A DNA stretch of 64,000 nt from Antedon mediterranea. Its lineage: Eukaryota; Animalia; Echinodermata. Of the stretch, positions 53,217 through 63,722 are shown piece after piece; position 1 is the first letter of the stretch; the number at the start of each line of letters is the position of its first letter. The stretch covers positions 9,543,812-9,607,811 of the forward strand of contig NC_092675.1 of assembly GCF_964355755.1 (NCBI RefSeq). The letters run 5' to 3'. Made by a program: the position numbers and the translations under genes. Below the pieces are notes generated by a model. That model saw only the letters and a list, made by a program, of their open reading frames with translations. It was not told where the DNA came from and searched no databases.

Positions 53217-53429
53217 TTTTCGCTTGTTGTGATACGCAATGTATGTTGCTAGAATCAGAATTATAGCCGTCAAGGAATATGCTAAGAAATGACTAGATGA
53301 TTCTTCTTCTTCAAACTTTCGGTTTTTAAAACTATCATAAGTTTTCTGATTTTCCTTCAGGTAGTAGTCATCTTTTCCAAAATCACCACCAATATTGGGT
53401 TTGTATTTCTGAACATTTTTTTCATTATC
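53217..53429 (-). CDS. TGOLN2: TGN46/KCT2-family gene, coding exon 4 (transmembrane helix)
   Basis: cactttcag|GAT...AAA|GTAAGT, phase 0-0. ESSSHFLAYSLTAIILILATYIAYHNKRK matches the family signature as I recall it (human TGN46 [28 protein letters not shown]). Confidence 0.93.
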
Positions 53430-53917
53430 CTGAAAGTGTAAATAAAACTTATAATACACTACAATAGAAGGTAAATAGAGAGAATTTAAAAAAAAAAACT
53501 TTTGAAAATAAATTCCTCCCCTGGCGAGATTCAACAACACTAAGAGAGAACATTCTATTTTTGGATCTATCCTGGAAAATCTTTTATAAATGTATTTATT
53601 TGTAATGTCAGTAATTTATTTTATCACTTTATATATGTTTTTTATGACGATTTTCCTAATAAATTCAAATCAAATAACATTTACAATTTTAAAAAAACAG
53701 TATAGTATTAAAATTCTAGCATTTTACTATCTGAAACTGTACATTTTAATTACTAAATTCTTTTTAAGCTTTGTGAAAGCACAATTATTTTAATCTATAT
53801 ATTGTTTTACCTATCAATTAAATTTAAAGTATTTAACCACAACTTTTAACTGAAAACCACATTTTCTGTAAGGTTTGCACTTGGGTAGTAAAGTTTTAAT
53901 ATTCATAAATCACGTAC

Positions 53918-54783
53918 CTCAAATGATGAGTCAGGTGCAGGAACACTGTCATAATCATCTTCAGATGAATTGTCTTTACTTTGATCTTCCTCGTCCTCTT
54001 TGTTTCCACCACCAATGTCCGATTTGTTATTTTCATCTTCATTGTTTTCACTTGCTCCATCACTAACGTTTGGTTCCTTCCCTTCATCTTCATTGTTTTC
54101 ACTTGTTTCACCACCAACGTTTTGTTTCTTCAATTCATCTTCATTGTTTTCACTTGTTTTACCATCAACGTTTGGTTTCTTCCTTTCATCTTCATTGTTT
54201 TCACTTGTTTCACCATCAACGTTTGGTTTCTTCCATTCATCTTCATTGTTTTCACTCGTTTCACCATCAACGTTTGGTTTCTTCCCTTCATCTTCATTGT
54301 TTTCACTCGTTTCACCATCAACGTTTGGTTTCTTCCTTTCATCTTCATTGTTTTCACTTGTTTCACCATCAATGTTTGGTTCCTTCCCTTCATCTTCATT
54401 GTTTTCACTTGATTCACCACCGTTTGGTTTCTTCCCTTTATCTTCATTGTTTTCACTTGTTTCACCATCAACGTTTGGTTTCTTCCTTTCATCTTCATCG
54501 CTTTCACTTGTTTTACCACCATCGTTTGGTTCCTTCCCTTCATCTTCTTTGTTTTCACCACCAACATTTGTTTCTTCCTTCTCATCTTCATTGTTTTCAC
54601 CACCAGCGTTTGGTTCCTTCGCTTCATTGTTTTCACTTGTTTTATTCCCAACGGTTGGTTCCTTCCCTTCATCTTCTTTGTTTTCACTTGTTTCACCACC
54701 AACTTGTTTTGGTTCATCTCCATTATTCAAGGTTGTTTCTCCACTCACTTCTTTGCTGTTTGGTGTAATAGGCTTGTCACTTT
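53918..54783 (-). CDS. TGOLN2: TGN46/KCT2-family gene, coding exon 3 (acidic tandem-repeat stalk)
   Basis: Acceptor ttttttaaaag|AAAGT (phase 1), donor GAG|GTACGT (phase 0). Encodes repeats of ~KKPNVDGETSENNEDEG. TGN38/46 proteins are known to have acidic repetitive lumenal regions. Confidence 0.85.
53985..54745 (-). repeat. Coding tandem repeat, mostly 51-bp (17-aa) units, about 15 copies
   Basis: Repeated ttcatcttcattgttttcacttgtttcaccatcaacgtttggtttcttcc on the plus strand. Some units are shorter (42-48 bp), and all preserve frame. Confidence 0.9.
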
Positions 54784-55097
54784 CTTTTAAAAAACAATAA
54801 AAAAAAAAATGTTTATTAATTTAAGCAAATAAAAATGGTTCCTGTTAACTAAAAAAGGCCTCAGATAATTCTGCGAGATGATAATATTGCAGTAACTCAC
54901 AAATTGCTCAAGCTTATGGAAGTCCAAATATTATGTTAGGAGGTAGTCAATTTGCAGTAATACTATTACTATATATTTGTTTGAAGGAGGAGTTTATTCA
55001 AAGCGGGGCATTTATTCGAATAAATGCGGTAACCATAATAATCAGATTCTCTGAAAGTACTACCTCCTACATTACACATTATATTAATAGAAACTTA

Positions 55098-55257
55098 AGC
55101 TTGGTTCCCACTAGAGACGCAACGCAAGGATGTAGACAAAATGTAAATGAGTTGACCAATCACAGGCGATAGATTATTCAAACTGTCGCTTGTCATTGGT
55201 CAACACACTTGTTGCGTTTACATCCTTGCGTTGCATCCTAGTAATTGGAATCAAGCT
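55098..55257. mobile_element. Palindromic Tourist/Harbinger-like MITE
   Basis: TTA|AGCTTGGTTCCCACTAG...GGAATCAAGCT|TTA, 3-bp TTA TSD. Confidence 0.82.
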
Positions 55258-55388
55258 TTAGTGGTAAAATACTGTACTACTGCACACAACAACAGCAATC
55301 TTATTTTCTAATACAGTATAGTATTTCATTGGACTACTGTATCTTTTTTTTAATTACCAGGCCTTAAATTTACAATTGTGTACTGTAC

Positions 55389-55958
55389 CTTTCATATAGA
55401 AATTTAAATACCAAAGCATGTAACAAACTCGACGTAGAGAAGGATGATTAGGATTACATACATCGCAACTTGGCATGGCATCAGGAATTTTTAGGAATGC
55501 ATGCGGACAAAGGTATTCCTCTCTTTCGCCAGGGGTCATATCAATGCTGATCCATCCAAGAGAAATATTTTCATATTTCTTGTTAACACAATACTCATGC
55601 AAAACATTAATAGCAGATGTGCAGACTTTAGACTCATCAACATTTTTAGGGTGTTTACATGCAACAGTGAATGGACTGGGATGTTGTGGATCAACATCTT
55701 GATAAAAGCTAAGCATTGCTTTATTTGAACAAAGAGCAGAAGTTGCCAATACAGATATATCAAATGTATTTTCGGGTGGACTTTTCTCACCAAAAGTACT
55801 ACCAGTATTTGTTGTAGAAGTGCCAACTTTATTTGGCAGGTCTGGATCAGGATGTTCGTTTTCTTTTAAAAGAGGAGGTTCATCATTGTTATTACTGTCA
55901 TGTCGATTTTGATCAACCTTTTCATTCTCTGCTTTGTCTGTAGGAAACTTGGTTGCTG
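55389..55958 (-). CDS. TGOLN2: TGN46/KCT2-family gene, coding exon 2 (Cys-rich module 2)
   Basis: Acceptor ttatttctttag|CAGCA (a NAGNAG site, alternative start 55955), 570-nt open frame, donor AAAG|GTACAG, phase 1-1. The Cys pattern is homologous to exon 1. Confidence 0.8.
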
Positions 55959-56981
55959 CTAAAGAAATAAACAATTATTATTTATCAATTGGGATGGTAA
56001 TGACAAATTCTGCAGTGTAAAATTAAATTGTAAAAATATACTGTATTATTACAGATTTATTCCTACTATACACTTAATATTGGTTATCACTACCATTAAT
56101 GATAAAATAAACTGTAAGCTTTATCTATTCTTAAAAACCTTTATTAAAGTTCCTTTTAGAGTGTTGAGAAAGCGTAAGGCAGCGAGCCAGATATTTGTGC
56201 TAAGCACCATTTAATCATTTCCAAACATGCGAGGCATGCAGTTTACAAATTCAATAATGTGCATACTGTATCTTAACGTTCTACTATGCTATCATATTAT
56301 ATTAATAAATTATTTATATTTTTGTAACAGTATTCGGCATCCTATAGCACGTGATTTCAGCATGCACAGACTTCTCTCTGAGTGGCGTGCCAAAGACATT
56401 TTTGACATTCCATTCTCTAGAAAATCAACATGTGTACCTCTCTCGCCAAAAAAGTGAACAGCAATGGCCGGGAAAAGATCAATAACTGGCGGTGAATAAA
56501 AGTTAACTGATCAAATAACATGCCGCAAAGAATAAAATTGCCAGATAAATCTGGAGCGCATGTGAAAAAGACATGACCCGATCATCCGACAATCGTCATA
56601 CCCTAAAATTTAACTTTATAGCTAATAATATGTTCAGCCCTAACCTAGAGACCTATGTTGAAAATAATGTTGATATAATAATTGGTGTAGTAATCATACA
56701 ATATTCCTGTATTTAACGAACGATTTCTATTTTTGTCCATACAAACTACTAAGCCTGGCGCTACAGTAGTACTAGTAGTTTCATTCGCCTGATAACTAAC
56801 TTTATCGTCGTGTGTGAATACCATCCACACCACATAAGAATGTTGTAATGATGAATTAAAGAAGAATCACATAAAAAGTAAAAGTTTAATTAATGATTTT
56901 GCAGTAGGCCTAGGCTAGCCTAGATACAAATACAAAAAAAAATGTTAACTCGCAAAACTGTGTGTGTAAAAAATGTAACTA

Positions 56982-57788
56982 GGGGCCTGTTACTGCTGCA
57001 ACTGCTCAAAATACGGTATAAAAATATGGTATTTTTATACCGTATTTTTTAGTACCCCGTTTCTGCTAACAAAACTTCTTGGGTGGTCTTGTTAAATTTC
57101 CTCCTTTTTACCCAAATTGCCATTCATTCATTTGGTCGATAATTAAAAGTCGCAATGAAGGAAGTTTTACGTCTCACTTTCAACAGCCTTGCCCTAGTGA
57201 TAGAGATGTTGTGAGAGCACAGAAAACAATGTAATGGGGACAAGTAATTCGTTCCCTCCCCGAGTTATTGTCTTTTGCAATGTTGTACTGCTTTCGCAGG
57301 CTCTTCAGCTTTAAGTTTACTTGCTTTGGAGACAAGTCTCTTCCATACTCCAGCTTTATTTTTTTAGAAATGTCTTTATAATGTGGTTGTCCCTTATTCC
57401 TTTTAGTTGGCCGGACATTTTAGCTTCCCCACACAGAATTATATAGTAAATACTGTGACGTCTTCGCTCCACGTTTTCGCCGAATATCTATACACGTGTG
57501 TAAAACAGCTGAGAGCGACAGAAAATAAAACACGATGTTGACCTCACGTCGCAGGTAAAAAAAATACGGTATTTTTTATTGGCAGCAGAAAAGGGTACAA
57601 AAAATACGGTATAAATTTGTAAATACCGTATTTTATCCACAAATTTTGTGGGAAAAATACGGTATACAAAATATGTTATTTTTTTTATGAGCGCAGTTTC
57701 TGCTGCCAAAAAAATACGGTATATATATACGGTACTCCAAAAAATACCGTATAAAATACGGTATTTTCTTGGCAGCAGAAACAGAGCC
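56982..57788. mobile_element. TA-flanked TIR element with many AAATACGGTAT subterminal repeats
   Basis: TA|GGGGCCTGTTACTGCTGC ... GCAGCAGAAACAGAGCC|TA. ATACGGTAT/ATACCGTAT is repeated in both orientations near both ends. Confidence 0.7.
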
Positions 57789-57808
57789 TACTACAGTATA
57801 CTAACTAC

Positions 57809-58325
57809 CTGATGTTGTACGGGTTGTTTCTTCAGCTTCTTTTATTTGCCATAGCAATAAACAAGCTACACGAAGTGGTGTGCTAGGTTCACATATCTGC
57901 TCATCAAGAGACCCGATGTCAGTGATCATTTTAACAGCCTCACGAATTCTATCTTCATTTTCACTTGCCATGGATTTATCTAAACGCGTGTGTAATACCG
58001 CAAATACATTATAATCCAAGATAGTTTTGGCTTTAGCATTATTACATATTTTACTTAGTTTGTCAAGTATCGCTTTGCACACAGTCGTTTGTTGGTCACT
58101 GTCAGGTGTAGCACAGGCCAAAAACAAGCTAGGACTACTTGGTTCTAGTTTGTCTTCCTCGAACAGCTTTTGTACGCGGTCGTCGTCAGCAGTTGCTGAA
58201 CACTCGAGCGAATTTGTAATGTTGGTCTTGTACTTCTCGTATGTCTGTGTATATTCATTTACAGGAGCCCCATTTACAATAAATAGTAATAATAAATGCA
58301 ATGCTGCAATGATATATACATTCAT
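57809..58325 (-). CDS. TGOLN2: TGN46/KCT2-family gene, coding exon 1 (signal peptide + Cys-rich module 1)
   Basis: ATG at 58325 gives MNVYIIAALHLLLLFIVNG-AP, a hydrophobic signal peptide. The frame stays open to donor AG|GTAGTT (phase 1), which matches the phase of the next exon. Confidence 0.85.
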
Positions 58326-58384
58326 CTTCAAGATATGTTTTTCAAACACTATAAAAAAAGTATTTAAACCCCGAAAAACTTCCT

Positions 58385-58456
58385 TGTTGACGTCGTATGC
58401 GTGACGTGTTTAGTGTACATATAGAGGGCGCACGCTGCTTGCGTTGCCAGGAAATC
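58385..58456 (-). promoter_or_regulatory. Proximal promoter motifs of the TGN46/KCT2-family gene
   Basis: Within 60-130 bp upstream of the ATG: TGACGTC (58388) and TGACGTG (58402) CRE/CREB3/XBP1-type cores, AGAGGGCGC (58423), and X-box-like GTTGCCAGGAAAT (58443). These are motif matches only. Confidence 0.45.
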
Positions 58457-60261
58457 AGTGTAAGGTAAGGAATATTAAAGAATAATAATTATGTCCTTTT
58501 GGCTTTAACAGTTTTATTAATTTCATTTCAGTAAATATTAGAATATAGCAACCAAGGGCTGAATTAGTGCGGTAGCCGGCCTCATGATACAAACGATAAA
58601 ACTATAAAGACCAAAAAAAAGGGGGAAAAGTACATGTTAGCAAAACAAGTAGACTCATAATTATTTAACTTCACGAATGAAGAAAAAAAGGAGTAGCTCC
58701 TTACAAATATAGTAATAAACAAGAAATATTTCTTACAAAAAACGCTGCTCGCTTATTGACGTAACAGTTTTAAAGATATATTGTCCCTCTGAAAAACATT
58801 TTTTATTTAAAATTTGTTTTTGAATGTGTCATTTTATTGTCACATATTAGTTATTTTACCTGAAAAAATGTAATTAAAAGCAAAAAATACTTCAATTGTC
58901 TGTCAGGCAGACAATGTGGTTTTTGAGTTATAATTAAACGTTTCTTTTCTCTTTCTATAATGTGAATTTTGATATGAACAGACTCAATTTAGTTTATTTT
59001 ATTGCTAAGGTCAAGTCTGTGGGTCACTTCATCACACCTTAGATACTTCAAGTGTGAAGTATCATATTACAAACAAACACTTTCATGGACTGTTTTGATA
59101 ATAATTCAATGATTATCTGAGCAGCGAAATACAGTATTATCATGGGACTCATAAATACCAGAAATGCAGCTGCTACCTATAAATTATAGTGGAGTTTCCA
59201 TTTTAACAAAAATGTCAAAGTGTAGTACAAAAACTGCTGCTTGATTTCATCTAATTAATGAGTCATCTCGTGTGACGTAGCGGGCTAGAGCAGCAGCGTA
59301 AAAAAAATACGGTAGGCAAATAGATTGTTGATTGTTGAAATATTGTGACTCTTATGATCTGCAGGAATCCGAGACGAATCGTCTCAGGGCCAAATCGTCC
59401 GGCTACCATCAGGAGGTATAGTTTGGGGCAATGGATCTAGTTTGTTTCGAGCCTGGTGATTGTTTCTCTTAAAAGTTAGACATACTTCTAGCTTTAAATA
59501 AGTAAAGTCAGATTCGTGAATATGACATTTTCGACAAACTTTTCTTTTTCTCTACTTTAATTCATTTTTTCCAGCAATTATTCAGTAAAATCACAGAAAT
59601 GTGAGATTATAAAAATGAAAAAATAGCATGATTTATAAAATATTTTTTAAAGACATATTTTAGTCATATTTGCACAAACTTTCTATTAAATAATATATTC
59701 GTCGGCTGTCTAATTTTATTTTGGGAGGGGCGGGTGGAAAACAGTGTTTTAGGTTATTTATAGGATGATGTATCATAGATGAATATAATTCGATTTTATT
59801 TTGAATTGTTATAATTTAGCAGCTACGCTACTGTAAAATTCTCCTACATAAGATTACTCCGGAAAAATAATATATCTAGCCAAAATGTATGTATTTTTGT
59901 GTGTGATTTAGAGGCTAATTTCACTACAAGTATGTGTATGCGAGTTTGGTGTAAAGGTTATGTAACCAGCCTTTCAACTAACTTTTTTTCAATTGTTTCA
60001 GTTGACTTAGAATAGAAACGCCAAACAGAAACGGGTGTATTTAAAAAGAAATACGTTTTTTAAAACTACTCGTATAAAAAAACATGTACATTAAATCAAA
60101 TCAAATTAAATAAAATTACAAATCACTAATTATAATTCTTGCCCCTTGTAGTTTTTTAGACAAGTAGCTAAGTTTACTTGTTACTGTAAGACTGCTCGCC
60201 GGCTTTTCAATATTCTCTCCTATCTTTTAACACTAACAGGTCTCAAAATAATACTAAAAGT

Positions 60262-60432
60262 GGTCCAGAATTAGGGCCGTGTTCCGGATTGCCTTCAAAA
60301 TTTGACCACATATCTATCTGTATTTTCATTTTTAAATTTGTTAAAAATTTTGCAATAGCTTTTTGAGTAATCCTGCTAACAAACAGACAGACAAAGACAC
60401 GCGATCGATTACAACCTCCCTGGCGAGGTTAA
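60262..60432 (+). mobile_element. Relic resembling a Helentron/Helitron-associated non-autonomous element end
   Basis: TTTTGAGTAATCCTGCTAACAAACAGACAGAC (short microsatellite) followed by the terminal palindrome AACCTCCCTGGCGAGGTT. Family recognised from memory only. Confidence 0.4.
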
Positions 60433-61087
60433 AAATCAACTTTTTAAATAGGGTTTGGCCGGCCCTTTAGCCAATCATAGTCCACACACCATGTTGGTAA
60501 CAAAACAAGGTAAAGACAAAATAAATAAATTGTAATAATGTGGGCCGGTTATTATTCTTGATTCTGAAAGTGACGGTGGTAAGAGTTTGCAAAGACGGCC
60601 CATGGCTAACTTTTGTCAGTCTCAAGCCCCTGTGGGACCAGTGGAAGTCACCAATCGTTCACCCCATGCGGCATGATAATGGCCCTCAAAGTTGATAAGA
60701 ACCTAACAGTCTAGATTTAAAAAACCTCTAGTTTGCTAACTATGCTCATTTCATTCATAGCTCTTTTTTTATTATTAGATCTCATGATATTTACAAGCAA
60801 ATCTTATGTGGTGTTGGCAGCTAAAAGAAACATAATTAAAAAAAAAAAATCGGACAGAATAATTATTAGTTGAATAATCTTGCTGTTACACATTTCTTGA
60901 AATTCTTATCAGGTGGAAAGACTCAACAGAAACATAATTTTAAAAAAATTGAAAAGACTGTTTTTAGTTGAATAATCTTGCTATGTACATTTCAACAACC
61001 GTCTAGATGACTGTCAATAGTTAAGTTAAGATCTACCCACTTGACAGCTGTAGAATCGGTGAGCAGGTTTAGGGTTTGAGTCGTTTA

Positions 61088-61271
61088 AGCTTGGTTCCCA
61101 CTAGCGACGTAACGCAAGGACGTACGTAAACGCAACGCAAGCGTTTTAACCAATGACAAGCGAAGTTATAGACAGTTAGCAATCACAAGCGAATAAGCCA
61201 TCGCTTGTGATTGGTCAATTCACTTGCGTTGCGTTATGTCCTTGAGTTGCGTCGCTAGTGGGAACCACGCT
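61088..61271. mobile_element. Palindromic Tourist/Harbinger-like MITE, complete
   Basis: TTA|AGCTTGGTTCCCACTAGCGAC...GTCGCTAGTGGGAACCACGCT|TAA, TWA flanks. Confidence 0.85.
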
Positions 61272-61399
61272 TAATGTAATAGTGGACTATGAGATTCCAA
61301 ATTATAGTTATCATCATACACACACAAAACATTGATTGTTTGCGGCGTGCAATGTTTGTTTACATCTGTACATAATGGTACAGTACTATTTCAAGTCAT

Positions 61400-61524
61400 T
61401 CAAGAAAACTTTCAAAAGCCACAATTTATTTCAAACTTTCGGGTCATCATCATCAGCGTGCCTTATTTTGTTGATCACTTGAAAGATATACATTTGCAGT
61501 CAACCAAATCCAATAGAATGTTAA
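61400..61524 (-). other. Candidate terminal exon of the HHIP-like gene
   Basis: Acceptor ggtttttctacag| at 61525 and AATAAA at 61425-61430. If spliced to 63514 it reads VNILLDLVDCKCISFK*. A further candidate exon lies at 61722-61800 (ttcttag|...|GTAAGT). No homology support. Confidence 0.3.
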
Positions 61525-62783
61525 CTGTAGAAAAACCAAACGTAATTCATGTCAATACACATAATAATTCGCTATTTTACAATAGAAATATCAGCTGATT
61601 CTCAAATTACGATCGTCATTATCAAATATTTTAATTTATTGCAATACAACATTAATTGAATAGGAATATTATAAGAAATCATCAACGATAATGCTATATT
61701 TTTGAAAAGGGAAATACTTACACTCCATTTAATACGACGACACATTGTCTTTTCCTTTGTTTCTTATGATGCCGCTGAAATCCCATGTAGCAGAAAATAT
61801 CTAAGAATCGTGAATATTTCGAATATTGTCGTTGTATGTAATCATATTAAATTATAATTTTACTGAAAAATAAGCGTATATGGTACGACATTCACAATAA
61901 TTGGGCTGATCCGAGATGTGTGTATAAGCATGGACCTAATTACATGGAAAAAAACTAGGCATTGCTATTTAACAACAGCTCGTCTTGTCGAGATGAACTT
62001 ATAACATCTAATAATGTTTGGCTGCGACAAAAACCAGTAGGTACTACTAAAAACAGTACTACTATAATAATAATATGTACATTCTCTGCGCCGCGCGGTG
62101 TCTGTTAATAAGGGGAATGGGTGGTGGTGGTGTCGTCGCAGTCACTGATAAACACTTTGATCTCCGGAGCTCAGCATCCTGTTGTTATATTGCCAGGATA
62201 TAATTCGAACTATAGGTATTAACAGAATTAAGAATACAGTGATAAAACTTATAGGTTGACCGAAATATTAAACACGTTTTTACGATCCAGAATGAAATAA
62301 AAAAAATAAATATGAAGTCTATATTCACACTACCGTACTTACTTTATGTCTAACGTGGTATAACACGTATAGAGTAATAAAAATGAAAACGACTGACAAA
62401 TTACGTAAGATGTAATTTTCCGTTTCCTTCACTGTATGATGGGGCATAATAAATACTGGTTCATCCTTGGAATATACCTTGCCTGTTTAAAATAAATTGA
62501 ACACATTTAATATGAAACTGTATAATAACGAAATGGAATAATAATAAACACGGATATAGGCTTATGTTATAGGCGTCGGACTTTATTTATCAGTTTAAAA
62601 GGGAGGCTTGTATATTGATAATGTATTTACTACCATGAAATAAAATACATATAATACCGTAGTGAAATCGAGAGATAATTCAATAGAAATTCAACTGTGA
62701 ACTCATCATGATTTTTACATTGAATATCTCAGCTCAATACTGTCAGTGACGTAACGCAATGACCCCTGGTTTAGAACTCTTAA

Positions 62784-63370
62784 AGGCTAGGTGCGGGCAA
62801 ACAATTTCTATTGATCATACATTCCAATCAATTTCGATCTATAGTTTCCCATATGTTTCATAATTGTTGGGATTTTATTTGTGTTACACGAGCTTGTTGA
62901 AAATAAGCATTTTCTTATCAGTGGGGATAGTTCAAAATTAATTACACATTAAAATCTCTATTCTTTTGTACACAAATGTTGTAAATAGTAAGGCATTTTA
63001 AAAAAAAATTATGAAAAATAAACGGTGTGGTAAAATATGTTATCAGATGACTAAATATAGGTAATATAACTTAAATTTTACGTTTCTGGTATTTTTATTT
63101 TTCATGCTATAGCAAAAATTATCCACCGTAGGCCTATATCTACCATATTTTTCACCTTCTATGGGAGTCACTTTTGACATGTTATTACACTAGGTAGAAC
63201 TACCTCTAACTACTGAAAAAAAAAGTCTTTTTAGCAGAATTTTGCCAAATTTCGTATTTGACTATTTTATAGGAAATTCATGTTTTTTCGTTTTGATTTC
63301 TATTACACATATTTGATTTATGTAAAATTAACCAGATATTATATTAAAAATTCATGCCTAAATCTGATCT
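62784..63370. mobile_element. Non-autonomous TTAA-targeting DNA transposon (Kolobok-like), copy 2
   Basis: TTAA|AGGCTAGGTGCGGGCA...TGCCTAAATCTGATCT|TTAA. Colinear with 3770-4352 over its full length, same orientation. Confidence 0.8.
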
Positions 63371-63513
63371 TTAAGGGTCCTTCAACGTTGGATGTTGCAC
63401 TGAAATGCTCATGCTCTGAGGCTCATTGAGCTCTGGGGCCCCTGGGTTTAGCCAGTGAGCGCGCATAGCCGTTACACCACTGAGTACTGCACCTTTAATG
63501 TGTAGGCCTATAC

Positions 63514-63605
63514 CTTCTATTTCCTCTCTCTTATCCTTCTTGGCTCCCTTAATAGAATGTGCATTTGCATCATCATCGTCCAGACAATCAATGGGACTTC
63601 TTCTC
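63514..63605 (-). CDS. HHIPL: HHIP-like protein, next exon
   Basis: tttcattttag|G (phase 2 matches) gives (L)RRSPIDCLDDDDANAHSIKGAKKDKREEIE, then donor AG|GTATAG. DPSLRRSPIDC parallels HHIPL DPSRRAPPGKC. Confidence 0.75.
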
Positions 63606-63722
63606 CTAAAATGAAAAATTAAAACTGTCCTGAGTCTAGGTAATCACTTTATTTCGATTCAGTGAAATACATGCATTCTTCTTCTATCCACTAACATTAA
63701 ATGATTGTACAGGGGTACTTAC

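Noticed and set aside
53981-54800. Plus-strand ORFs (143, 266, 232 aa) and alternative-frame minus ORFs
   Set aside because: These are antisense or out-of-frame shadows of the repetitive coding exon 3. Only one frame fits the splice phases.
55354-55388. Exon 2 extending to TG|GTAATT at 55358
   Set aside because: Phase 2 would require a weaker downstream acceptor. AG|GTACAG at 55388 fits the phase 1 acceptor of exon 3. Not formally excluded.
55475-58404. Plus-strand ORFs overlapping exons 1 and 2
   Set aside because: Antisense shadows with no splice or homology support.
58770-59500. Second TTAA-type transposon starting TTAAAGATATATTGTCCC
   Set aside because: It looks like an element start, but I could not find a matching right terminus.
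61457-61466. TAAGGCACGC on minus, matching the 5' end of miR-124
   Set aside because: Only 10 nt match and there is no hairpin. As a target site it is on the wrong strand for the local genes.
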